The notes under the pieces were generated by a model, which was not told the DNA's origin, searched no databases, and saw only the letters and a program-made list of their open reading frames with translations. A stretch of 64,000 nt of DNA from a bacterium (GTDB taxonomy: Bacteria > Cyanobacteriota > Vampirovibrionia > Gastranaerophilales > Gastranaerophilaceae), in NCBI GenBank assembly GCA_017478515.1, contig JAFVDH010000004.1:172-64171 (forward strand), written 5' to 3'. Of this stretch, positions 30,796-39,521 are shown in pieces. The position numbers and the translations under genes were made by a program. Every line of letters begins with the position of its first letter. Position 1 is the first letter of the stretch.

Positions 30796-31338
30796 ATGAG
30801 TAAAAAAGTTTTAATTATATCGTCTTCACCCAGAAAAGGCGGTAATTCAGATGTTTTGTGCGATGAATTTTTGAAAGGAGCAGTTGATGCAGGTCATAAT
30901 GCTGAAAAAATATTTTTGAAAGATAAAAAACTAAACTTCTGTACAGGATGCGGTTTTTGTCAAACAAATGATTATACAAAATGCTCACAGCCCGATGACG
31001 GGAATGATTTAATGGACAAATTGGAACAGGCTGATGTGGTAGTATTTTCGACCCCAATATATTTTTATGCAATTGCGGGGCAAATGAAAACTTTTATTGA
31101 TAGAATTTGCTCTCGTTATACTCATATTCAAAATAAAGAATTCTACTATATTATGACGGCTGCTGACAATTCTCAAAGTACTATTCAATTTGCATTGGGT
31201 GAGTTTAAGGGGTTAATGGCTTGTTTGGAAAATCCTGTTGAAAAAGGTTACTTATTTGCGGGAGGTGTTTGGAAAAAAGGCGAAATTAACGAAACTCCTT
31301 ATTTACAACAGGCATATGAATTGGGTAAAAATGTTTAA
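30796..31338 (+). CDS. Flavodoxin-like NADPH-dependent FMN reductase / iron-sulfur flavoprotein family
   Basis: VLIISSSPRKGGNSD, CTGCGFC, FSTPIYFYAIAGQMKTFIDR. Confidence 0.75.
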   Translation: MSKKVLIISSSPRKGGNSDVLCDEFLKGAVDAGHNAEKIFLKDKKLNFCTGCGFCQTNDYTKCSQPDDGNDLMDKLEQADVVVFSTPIYFYAIAGQMKTFIDRICSRYTHIQNKEFYYIMTAADNSQSTIQFALGEFKGLMACLENPVEKGYLFAGGVWKKGEINETPYLQQAYELGKNV

Positions 31339-31401
31339 GTATAAATTACAAATATAACTGCAAAAAAGTAAGCTACTACTGAATTTAGAGGTGTTTTTTT
31401 T

Positions 31402-32253
31402 ATGAAAAAAATAAAATTAAATAACGGAACTGAAATTCCTGCAATAGGTTTTGGAGTTTTTTTAATACCGGATGACGGAACTTGCGAAAAAGCTGTTAGC
31501 GATGCACTTGATGTCGGATATAGATTTATTGATACGGCTGCCGCATATATGAATGAATCAGGTGTCGGCAAGGCTATATCTAAAAGCGGACTTAACAGAG
31601 ATGAAATTTATGTTACATCAAAATTGTGGCTTCAGGATTACGGTTACGACGCTGCAAAAAAAGGTATTGAAACTTCACTTAAAAATCTTAATTTAGATTA
31701 TATTGATTTATATCTTCTTCATCAACCATACTTTGACACGGCCGGTGCATGGAAAGCTTTGGAAGAAGCCGTTCTTGACGGAAAAATTCGCTCTATCGGT
31801 TTGAGCAATCATACGGTAGGGTTTTTGGATAAACTTATTCAGCAAATGAAAATTTTGCCCGTTGTAAATCAAATGGAGTGTAATCCTTTGTTCCAACAAA
31901 AAGACCTGAGAAAATACCTATCTAAATATGATATAAAACTGCAGGCATGGTATCCGTTGGGACACGGAAATAAAGAACTCTTTGAAAATCCTGTTTTAAA
32001 TAATATTGCCTCAAAATATTCTAAAACCGTATCTCAAATTATTTTGAGATGGCATATAGAAGAGGGTATTATTCCTATCCCGAAATCAACCTCGATGGCT
32101 CATATAAAAGAAAACTTTGATATATTTGATTTTTCTCTTGATAAGGATGACATGACAAAAATCCGTTCTATTGATACGGGCAAAGGTTCTCATAATCCTG
32201 ATGATTTATCCTTTGGAGAAACGCTGCTTAAGGCTTATAAAATTCATGATTAA
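31402..32253 (+). CDS. Aldo/keto reductase (DkgA/2,5-diketo-D-gluconate reductase-like)
   Basis: IPAIGFGVF, IDTAAAYMNE, LYLLHQP, IGLSN, IPKS. Confidence 0.9.
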   Translation: MKKIKLNNGTEIPAIGFGVFLIPDDGTCEKAVSDALDVGYRFIDTAAAYMNESGVGKAISKSGLNRDEIYVTSKLWLQDYGYDAAKKGIETSLKNLNLDYIDLYLLHQPYFDTAGAWKALEEAVLDGKIRSIGLSNHTVGFLDKLIQQMKILPVVNQMECNPLFQQKDLRKYLSKYDIKLQAWYPLGHGNKELFENPVLNNIASKYSKTVSQIILRWHIEEGIIPIPKSTSMAHIKENFDIFDFSLDKDDMTKIRSIDTGKGSHNPDDLSFGETLLKAYKIHD

Positions 32254-32264
32254 TTATATAAGTT

Positions 32265-33152
32265 TTAAAAGTTCCAAATAAATCGTTGGATTTTTCTGAA
32301 TAAAGAAACTTTAGTATTATTATCTTTTTTCTTTACGGATATGATGTTATATTTATCCGGTTGTGTTGTTCGGTGATACTTTTTGTCAGTTAATCCGAAC
32401 AGCATAACGTAAGACGCTTTATAGTTATCAGGAATTTCAAGATATTCGGAAAATTCCGGAAATAATTTTAAACAAGCTTCCGCAAGTCCGCACCATAGTG
32501 TTGCAACACCCATGCTTTGGGCATAAAGTTCAAAATAACTTAATGCAATAACAGGGTCAATATCTTTACAAGGTGCATCAAGCGGTGTTGAAACTACTAC
32601 CATATGCGGTGCGTTTCTGAATATTACGTCTTCTCCTGCAAGTATTGCTTTTATATATCTTGAAAATTTCTGCTTAATCCCTTTAAAAGGAGTTTTGTTT
32701 AAAAGGTTTACCAATTTTGTATTAACCTTGTTTCTGAAATCATCCATAACTTCCATATCATCAATAAACGAAAAATAAAGACGATGGTTGTTAACTCCTG
32801 TAGGAGCCCAATTTATCATATCTTTTAACTTGTTCATTCTTTCTTCGTCAAGGTTTTCTTGTCTGTATTTTCTGTAACTTCTTCTTGATTTTATTAGTCT
32901 TAATAACTCTTCAGAATTGTATTCGGGGTTAACGGCATCGGAATTTTCTGGGTTTTTGCCCCATAATGTTAACGCACCTGTCGGACATATTGTCATGCAA
33001 TGCTGACATTTTATACATCGTTCTTCTCCGCCTTTTCTGAAAACAGGGATATTTTCTTCTTTACTCATTTTTATACAGTGTGTAATGCAGTCATTCACGC
33101 ATTGAGCACAGTTTACGCATTTTTCTTTATCTATTATTAAATTTTCGTTCAT
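32265..33152 (-). CDS. Nitroreductase family protein with N-terminal 2x[4Fe-4S] ferredoxin domain
   Basis: CVNCAQCVNDC and CIKCQHCMTICP clusters followed by a nitroreductase fold (RRSYRKY). Confidence 0.8.
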   Translation of the reverse strand: MNENLIIDKEKCVNCAQCVNDCITHCIKMSKEENIPVFRKGGEERCIKCQHCMTICPTGALTLWGKNPENSDAVNPEYNSEELLRLIKSRRSYRKYRQENLDEERMNKLKDMINWAPTGVNNHRLYFSFIDDMEVMDDFRNKVNTKLVNLLNKTPFKGIKQKFSRYIKAILAGEDVIFRNAPHMVVVSTPLDAPCKDIDPVIALSYFELYAQSMGVATLWCGLAEACLKLFPEFSEYLEIPDNYKASYVMLFGLTDKKYHRTTQPDKYNIISVKKKDNNTKVSLFRKIQRFIWNF

Positions 33153-33340
33153 TTGAATATTCTCCTTTTTATTATTTTATCACAATCTGTTGTTATATTT
33201 TTTGTAATCATTTTTAATCAACAGCTGCTATCTATTAAATAATTACAATATTTTTAAACCAAAATGAATATATTACCAAAATATAAAAGGTTTTATTTTT
33301 GTAAGTAAAATTTAGAACATATTGTCAAAAAAGAAATGTA

Positions 33341-33571
33341 TTAAGAAATATTGCAAATCTGAAGAATGCTGCCAATACGGAGTTGTGGCGATTTGAAACA
33401 AAAATGTTAACTTTTGTAAATATGAATTTTAAAATGGCTGAAACTCAAGTATAATGCCCTATATGATATGATATGATATGATGGGATGGGGATACTAAAG
33501 TCTTTTGACCATGTTGCCGACATGAAAAGTGTTAGGACAAAGCAATATAGGAAAGTCAAAGGAATAAAACA
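33341..33571 (+). repeat. Upstream cassette copy 1 (homologous to 52794..53016)
   Basis: By-eye alignment. About 90% identity from acttttgtaaatatg (33409) to the ATG, with one 10-bp indel near the RBS. Weaker similarity for ~70 bp further upstream. Confidence 0.85.
33496..33523 (+). promoter_or_regulatory. FliA/sigma-28-like promoter TAAAGTCT-N12-GCCGACAT
   Basis: Compare the consensus TAAAGTTT-N11-GCCGATAA. Lies 48 nt upstream of the ATG at 33572 and is conserved in the second cassette. Confidence 0.45.
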
Positions 33572-34174
33572 ATGGGTATTTCAGCAAATCAGGCAAGATT
33601 AATGACGTTAACAGCAAGACAACATGATTTAGAGTTAAGAGCTCAACAGATTTCTGCAAAAAAAATGGTTCTATCTCTGCAATCTCAACAATTTGCTACT
33701 GCTTATTCCGCTTCATTAAACGAATATAGTCTTATGAAAAATGGCTCTTCTACTGTAGAATATGTAACTGAGACTGAATCTGTGGTAACAGGTTATGAAT
33801 ATGATGGTGTGACTTATTCTGATATAATGGATATTCCTTATAAAACTGTGGTTACCGGTAAAGATGATGATGGTAATGAAATAACTGAAGAGCAGCCAAG
33901 AACTGCTGATGATGAAGGTGTTACAGTTTTGACAGAGGATATTCCTACAGAATATGCTACTCGTAATTATACTGATGAAGAAACGTCAAGTTTCTTGAGT
34001 ATTACTAAGGGCAATTATGATAGTGCAATGACTGCTCTATCGACTCAAGAAAAAATTATGGATATGGAATTAACTCAAATTAATACTGAGCATCAGGCTG
34101 TTAAAACCGAATATGATTCTCTAAAATCATTGATAGGTGATAATGTTGATAAATCATTTAATATTTTCGGATAA
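33572..34174 (+). CDS. Hypothetical 200-aa protein: helical Gln/Leu-rich termini around an acidic Thr/Glu/Asp-rich centre; no signal peptide
   Basis: ORF directly after the cassette, with RBS aaaggaa. Confidence 0.6.
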   Translation: MGISANQARLMTLTARQHDLELRAQQISAKKMVLSLQSQQFATAYSASLNEYSLMKNGSSTVEYVTETESVVTGYEYDGVTYSDIMDIPYKTVVTGKDDDGNEITEEQPRTADDEGVTVLTEDIPTEYATRNYTDEETSSFLSITKGNYDSAMTALSTQEKIMDMELTQINTEHQAVKTEYDSLKSLIGDNVDKSFNIFG

Positions 34175-34305
34175 TTAGTATGATTTATTCCTATTATTAA
34201 AAAAATTGTTTAAAATATTTGAATAAATATATAAAAATAGTGTATTTTTCGTTGTGGTTTTGTGATTTATGAATATTAGAATTTTTATGCTAAAATTTTA
34301 ATATT

Positions 34306-35940
34306 ATGATAACAACAGAAAATTTGACGGTACGTTTTGGTACTGAGGCTTTATTTGAAAATGTAAATATAAAATTTGCAGAGGGTAATTGTTACGGGCT
34401 TATTGGTGCAAATGGTGCCGGTAAATCTACTTTATTAAAGGTTCTTTCAGGCGAGCTTGAGCCTACAAGCGGTGAAGTTCATATAAAAAAGGGCCAAAGA
34501 ATTGCTGTTTTAAAGCAAAATCATTTTGAATTTGATGAATTTACTCCGATAGATACCGTTATAATGGGACATAAACATCTTTACGAAGTTATGAAAGAAA
34601 AAGATGCTCTTTATGCAAAACCTGATTTTAATGATGAAGACGGATTAAGAGTTGCTGAATTGGAAACTGAGTTTGCGGAAATGGACGGTTGGCAGGCTGA
34701 ATCTGATGCGGCTTCGCTTTTGAATGATTTGGGTATTTCTCAAGATTTACACTACTCTTTGATGAAAGATTTGTCAGGTAGTGAAAAGGTTAGAGTTCTT
34801 TTAGCTCAGGCTTTATTCGGCACTCCTGATATTCTGCTTTTGGACGAACCTACAAACCACCTTGATTTGAATACAATTACCTGGTTGGAAGATTTTTTGA
34901 TTGATTTTCCGAATACTGTTATTGTTGTTTCTCACGACAGAAAATTTTTAGACAGAGTTTGTACATATATTGCGGATATCGATTTTAGAAATATTCAACT
35001 TTATACAGGAAATTATTCATTCTGGACGCAGGCTAGTGCTTTAATCAGAAAACAAAAAGAAGAACGTAATAAAAAGATTGAAGAAAAAGCAGAAGAATTC
35101 AGAAAATTTATCGCAAGATTTAGTGCAAATGCATCTAAGGCAAAACAGGCAACTTCAAGAAAAAATATGCTTGAAAAACTTACGCTGGAAGACATTAAAC
35201 CGTCAACAAGAAAGTATCCGAGCATTAATTTTAAATATTCTAAAATGCCCGGTAAAGATGTTTTGTCTGTAAAGGGTTTGAAGAAAAGTTTAAATGACGA
35301 ACTTTTAATTAAGGCTTTGTCATTTGATGTTGTTCAGGGTGAAAAAATTGCGTTTATTTCAAAAAATCAATTGGCGGTAAGTGCGTTGTTTGATATTTTG
35401 GAGGGTAAACTTGAACCTGATGACGGAAGTTTTAACTGGGGCGTTACTGCAACTCACTCTTATTGTCCGAAAGATAATAATGAATTTTTTACAGAAAATA
35501 AAAACCTTATACAATGGCTTGCACAGTATTCTCAAGAACAACATATAAGCTTTTTAAGAGGATATCTCGGTAGAATGCTGTTTTCCGGCGAAGATGCGGA
35601 AAAATCTGTTACTGTGCTTTCAGGCGGCGAAAAAGTAAGATGTATGTTTGCTAAGACTATGATTGAAGAATCTAATGTTCTTATCTTTGATGAACCTACA
35701 AATCATTTGGATTTAGAAGCAATTACATCTTTGAATAATGCTCTGATTGATTATACGGGAACGGTTTTGTTTACATCTCAGGACTACCAGTTTATAAATA
35801 CCGTTGCTGATAGAATTATTGAAATAACTCCAAACGGATATTTGAATTATCAGACAAAATACGAAGATTATCTTTCAAATCCTGAAATTCAAAAGAAAAG
35901 AGAACAGTTGTACAATATGCAGATAAAGTCTAAAAAATAA
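34306..35940 (+). CDS. ABC-F family ATPase (YbiT/EttA-like) with a degenerate second Walker A
   Basis: NBD1 has GANGAGKST/LSGSEKVR/LLLDEPTNHLD. NBD2 has FISKNQLAVSAL in place of the P-loop, but LSGGEKVR/LIFDEPTNHLD are intact. Confidence 0.9.
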   Translation: MITTENLTVRFGTEALFENVNIKFAEGNCYGLIGANGAGKSTLLKVLSGELEPTSGEVHIKKGQRIAVLKQNHFEFDEFTPIDTVIMGHKHLYEVMKEKDALYAKPDFNDEDGLRVAELETEFAEMDGWQAESDAASLLNDLGISQDLHYSLMKDLSGSEKVRVLLAQALFGTPDILLLDEPTNHLDLNTITWLEDFLIDFPNTVIVVSHDRKFLDRVCTYIADIDFRNIQLYTGNYSFWTQASALIRKQKEERNKKIEEKAEEFRKFIARFSANASKAKQATSRKNMLEKLTLEDIKPSTRKYPSINFKYSKMPGKDVLSVKGLKKSLNDELLIKALSFDVVQGEKIAFISKNQLAVSALFDILEGKLEPDDGSFNWGVTATHSYCPKDNNEFFTENKNLIQWLAQYSQEQHISFLRGYLGRMLFSGEDAEKSVTVLSGGEKVRCMFAKTMIEESNVLIFDEPTNHLDLEAITSLNNALIDYTGTVLFTSQDYQFINTVADRIIEITPNGYLNYQTKYEDYLSNPEIQKKREQLYNMQIKSKK

Positions 35941-35942
35941 AA

Positions 35943-36137
35943 TTAGATATTAGTACTTTCGCAAAGTTGTTTTGCAATATCACTTATTTCTGCAATATCT
36001 TCAATAAGATTTTCATCACCTAACGAATTAGCGATAGGGGCAAGAGTTTGTGCTTTTGCAGATATTTGCATTGCAGTCTTTAATGCATTTATTTTTTTGT
36101 CAAACATTTCTGTAGCTAAGATATCATCAACTTTCAT
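35943..36137 (-). CDS. Hypothetical 64-aa acidic protein
   Basis: ORF with an aaagg RBS. No motif recognised. Confidence 0.35.
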   Translation of the reverse strand: MKVDDILATEMFDKKINALKTAMQISAKAQTLAPIANSLGDENLIEDIAEISDIAKQLCESTNI

Positions 36138-36250
36138 AATTTTTGCCTGCCTTTAAAACTTCGATTGTTTTTCACTTTATAATTGTGTTTAAATAGTTGG
36201 AAATTTTGTTATATGTTTTTTATTCCATAAATTAGAAATTCTATAACAAT

Positions 36251-36715
36251 TTATTTTGTTTTGTTAAGCCGCTCACTTCTTAAATCACATGTATGTTTGA
36301 ATTTATTCCATTTGTAGTTGTATTTTTCACAATTTTCTTTGTTAATTTTAAAGGTAATATTATCTTTTGTTTCGGCATCAAGACCTTGTGCACAAATGCC
36401 AGTTTTATAGCAGATTTTAATATCATTTATTTTCTTTATTTCGGGCAGGCAGCTAAAAATTATAAATACTATAAAACATGATATTACTGTTATAATTTTT
36501 TGACGCAGCGGTAAGTTTTTGAAAAATAAAACTGTAAATATTGTAAAAACTAAGATTATTGAAATTATTATGTATAAGACAATTTGAAAATCAAAATGTT
36601 TTAATATATGTTGGGCAATAAAACAGGTTACAAATAATTTAGAAAGAATAAAGAAGCTTACTAATGCACAAAGTAGTGTATATAAGATTATTGTACAAAA
36701 TTTTAAATGTTTCAT
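36251..36715 (-). CDS. Membrane protein with Cys-containing extracytoplasmic tail, function unknown
   Basis: Three to four TM segments. Immediately downstream of ogt on the same strand. Confidence 0.5.
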   Translation of the reverse strand: MKHLKFCTIILYTLLCALVSFFILSKLFVTCFIAQHILKHFDFQIVLYIIISIILVFTIFTVLFFKNLPLRQKIITVISCFIVFIIFSCLPEIKKINDIKICYKTGICAQGLDAETKDNITFKINKENCEKYNYKWNKFKHTCDLRSERLNKTK

Positions 36716-36717
36716 TT

Positions 36718-37152
36718 TTATTTTTCCAAATTAAGTAAATATTCTTTTTTATCAATACCAAAGGCATACCCTGTTAAAGAATTTGATTTTGACAGAATTC
36801 TATGGCATGGAATAACGATTGCCAAAGGATTTTTATTACAAGCCTGTCCCACTGCTCTTTGGGCATTTTTACAACCTATTGCTTCGGCAATTTCTTTGTA
36901 AGTTTTCGTTTGTCCGTAAGGTATTTTTGTAAGCTCTCTCCATACCTTTTGCCGAAACTCTGTTCCTTTTGGCTTAATTTTAAGGTCAAAATTTTTTCTT
37001 TTCCCTTTGAAATATTCGTCAAATTGTTTTGTTACATTACTGTTGTCTGAACTGCTGATTTTTTTATCAGTAAAAATAATCGAAATTATATTGTTATTTT
37101 CTGAAGTTATTTCAATAGTTCCAATTGGTGAATTATAGTAAAATTTTTTCAT
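36718..37152 (-). CDS. ogt: Methylated-DNA--protein-cysteine methyltransferase
   Basis: IPYGQTKTYKEIA and VIPCHRI active site. Confidence 0.9.
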   Translation of the reverse strand: MKKFYYNSPIGTIEITSENNNIISIIFTDKKISSSDNSNVTKQFDEYFKGKRKNFDLKIKPKGTEFRQKVWRELTKIPYGQTKTYKEIAEAIGCKNAQRAVGQACNKNPLAIVIPCHRILSKSNSLTGYAFGIDKKEYLLNLEK

Positions 37153-37254
37153 AGCAAATATTATAACATGAGAATATTTTATAAAATATAAAAAATAAAT
37201 AAAAATACTTGATTTAAAAAAGGGTTTATGATAACGTAGGGATATAGACGGTGA

Positions 37255-37331
37255 GGGCTATTAGCTCAGGTGGCTAGAGCGCACCCCTGATAAGGGTGAG
37301 GTCCCTGGTTCGAGTCCAGGATGGCCCACCA
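37255..37331 (+). tRNA. tRNA-Ile (GAT), CCA encoded
   Basis: gggctat.. acceptor, anticodon loop cctGATaa, T-arm ctggttcgagtccag, 3' cacca. Confidence 0.9.
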
Positions 37332-37338
37332 TTTATAA

Positions 37339-37361
37339 AGAGGTCTTAGGGCCTCTTTTTT
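37339..37361 (+). terminator. Rho-independent terminator after tRNA-Ile
   Basis: agaggtc-ttag-ggcctct followed by T5-6. Confidence 0.7.
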
Positions 37362-37428
37362 ATTGTATTTTAAGTGAATGTTTCTTTTCAGTATATATCG
37401 GCAAAATTTGTTATAAGGATTAAAATAT

Positions 37429-38625
37429 ATGAAAAGTCTGAAATCTCTAAGATTGCATATCGGAATATTTGGCAGAACAAATACAGGTAAGTCATCATTG
37501 CTTAACGGTATAACTGCACAAAATGTTTCGATAGTTTCTGAGCAAAAAGGTACGACGACGGATGTTGTCGAAAAATCTATGGAATTATTTCCGATAGGGC
37601 CTGTGAATTTTTTAGACACGGCAGGTCTTGATGACGAAACTGTTTTGGGCGAAAAACGTCTTGAAAAAACCTTATCAGTTATAAACAGATGTGATGCAGC
37701 TGTTATTGTTATTGATTTTAACGGTTTGGATAGGGAAGAGAAATTTTTGATTGACAAATTTAACGAATTCTCTATTCCGTATTTTGTTGTTATAAATAAA
37801 TCTGATGAAAATAAAATTTCTGAACGAAAATTGGAGGATATAAAATCTTATACCGAAAATATTATGGAAACTTCTGCCATTGAAGACAGTTTGTTAATAG
37901 AAAAATTTAATACATGTTTATTAAAAATTTTGCCCGATGATTTTGTGAATTCTCCCAAAATTTTGTCGGATTTGGTAAACCCGAAAGATGTAGTAATTCT
38001 TGTAACACCAATAGACAAGGAAGCTCCAAAAGGCAGATTGATACTTCCGCAGGTGCAAACTTTAAGAGAGTGTCTTGATGAATTTTGTATTACGGTTGTT
38101 GTAAAGGAAACTGAATTAAAAGATGCTATAGAAAATTTGAAAGTGAAGCCGAAACTTGTTATAACTGATTCTCAAGCCTTTAAGACTGTTGATGAAATTG
38201 TGCCGAAAGATATTCCGCTTACATCTTTTTCAATACTTTTTGCAAGACTAAAAGGCGATTTAAAAGCCTTTGTTGAGGGTGTTGGGGCTATTCGTGATTT
38301 GAACGAAAATGATAAGGTTTTAATTCTTGAAAGCTGTACTCATCATAATATAGAAGATGATATTGCAAGAGTTAAAATTCCTAAATTGCTGCAAAATAAA
38401 TTGGGGTTTAATCTGAATTTTGAATATTTTACAGGTCATAATTTCCCTGAAATTGACGGATATAAATTGATAATTCATTGCGGGGCATGTATGACGAACC
38501 GCAGAGAAATATTATCAAGAATTTTAATCGCAAATAAAAAAGGTATACCGATAACAAATTACGGATTGGTAATTTCGTATTGCGTAGGGATATTGAACAG
38601 AGCAACAGAGGTTTTTAATATCTAA
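37429..38625 (+). CDS. hydF: [FeFe]-hydrogenase H-cluster maturation GTPase HydF
   Basis: GRTNTGKSS (G1), DTAG (G3), NKSD (G4), and the C-terminal CTHH...HCGAC cluster-binding motif. Confidence 0.85.
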   Translation: MKSLKSLRLHIGIFGRTNTGKSSLLNGITAQNVSIVSEQKGTTTDVVEKSMELFPIGPVNFLDTAGLDDETVLGEKRLEKTLSVINRCDAAVIVIDFNGLDREEKFLIDKFNEFSIPYFVVINKSDENKISERKLEDIKSYTENIMETSAIEDSLLIEKFNTCLLKILPDDFVNSPKILSDLVNPKDVVILVTPIDKEAPKGRLILPQVQTLRECLDEFCITVVVKETELKDAIENLKVKPKLVITDSQAFKTVDEIVPKDIPLTSFSILFARLKGDLKAFVEGVGAIRDLNENDKVLILESCTHHNIEDDIARVKIPKLLQNKLGFNLNFEYFTGHNFPEIDGYKLIIHCGACMTNRREILSRILIANKKGIPITNYGLVISYCVGILNRATEVFNI

Positions 38626-38996
38626 TCTTTTTTATCAATATTTAAATATCTGTGAACAGTTTCGACAAAACCCTTAATTCCGCTTTTATCCTTTAAACTC
38701 ATGTTTGAATAATAATGAGCATAGTTTTCAAGAATATTTGACGGCAAATCTTCGCCTTTTGCAAGCGTATTTGCGATAAATTCAAGGTAATCATCCTGTT
38801 CATCCCTGTACAGCAAGTCTCGGTGTCGCAAATCTTCGTCTGCCTCCCTGTGAACAAGGGCATGGTATGCTGCTTGAATTGATTTATCTTTATGGTTTTC
38901 CGGAAAATGTAAAATTGCCTCTCGGGCACAAATTTTATCGGTCAAAACTTTGATAATTAATCGGCTTACGAATGCTCTGTCTTCTTGATTGGTCAT
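38622..38996 (-). CDS. Hypothetical 124-aa protein (His/Asp-rich)
   Basis: ORF convergent with hydF (4-nt overlap). No family recognised. Confidence 0.5.
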   Translation of the reverse strand: MTNQEDRAFVSRLIIKVLTDKICAREAILHFPENHKDKSIQAAYHALVHREADEDLRHRDLLYRDEQDDYLEFIANTLAKGEDLPSNILENYAHYYSNMSLKDKSGIKGFVETVHRYLNIDKKD

Positions 38997-39042
38997 TTTC
39001 TTTTCCTGCTAAGTTTTAATAAATCGGCTTATAGTTTGCTAT

Positions 39043-39495
39043 TTAGACTTTCCCTGTTGAACCAAAGCCGTCCTCGCCTCTTTGTGTGTTAGAAAGTTCG
39101 GTTACAACTTCTATTTGTGCCTTTTCATATTTTGAAATAACTATTTGTGCTATTCGTTCGTCCGGCATGATTGTGTATTCTTCATTTGAGAGATTTACAA
39201 CAGGTACGCAAACCTCTCCCCTATAATCTTCATCAATTGTTCCGACGCAATTTATAAGTGTTATTCCGTGTTTAATTGACAAACCTGAACGAGGTCTTAC
39301 TTGGGCTTCGTAACCTTTTTCAAGCTCAATTTTTATCCCGGTCGGGATAAGGGTTCTTTCTAATGGTTTTAGAACAACTGGTTCAGCAATTGCCGCACAC
39401 AAATCCATTCCCGCCGCACCATCGGTTTTGTATTCGGGGAGGACTTTGTTGTGAGCCAGTCGCTGAATTTTTAATATAGTTTTTTTATTGTTCAT
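39043..39495 (-). CDS. dut: dUTP diphosphatase (trimeric dUTPase)
   Basis: AGMDL, RPRSG, GTIDEDYRGE, RGEDGFGSTG motifs. Confidence 0.95.
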   Translation of the reverse strand: MNNKKTILKIQRLAHNKVLPEYKTDGAAGMDLCAAIAEPVVLKPLERTLIPTGIKIELEKGYEAQVRPRSGLSIKHGITLINCVGTIDEDYRGEVCVPVVNLSNEEYTIMPDERIAQIVISKYEKAQIEVVTELSNTQRGEDGFGSTGKV

Positions 39496-39521
39496 AAAAT
39501 TATAATTGATTTAATTTCTAA

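Noticed and set aside
33413-33419. Recurrent TTGTAAA heptamer upstream of several accessory genes (33413, 52855, 52867, 55734, and on the minus strand near 51785, 58960 and 62735; coordinates approximate).
   Set aside because: In ~30% GC DNA this heptamer is expected often. I cannot compute enrichment or consistent spacing to a -10 element, so no motif is claimed.
33422-33454. Conserved 10-codon mini-ORF in both cassettes (MNFKMAETQV* at 33422-33454; MDFKMAETQL* at 52875-52907), with its stop codon inside the TATAAT box.
   Set aside because: It has no Shine-Dalgarno sequence. It lies upstream of both candidate transcription starts for the downstream gene. Ten codons with three differences cannot support a coding claim. 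Kept only as a note for anyone with Ribo-seq data.
37266-37757. Listed minus-strand ORF of 163 aa.
   Set aside because: It overlaps tRNA-Ile and the 5' end of hydF in antisense and has no RBS. Spurious.
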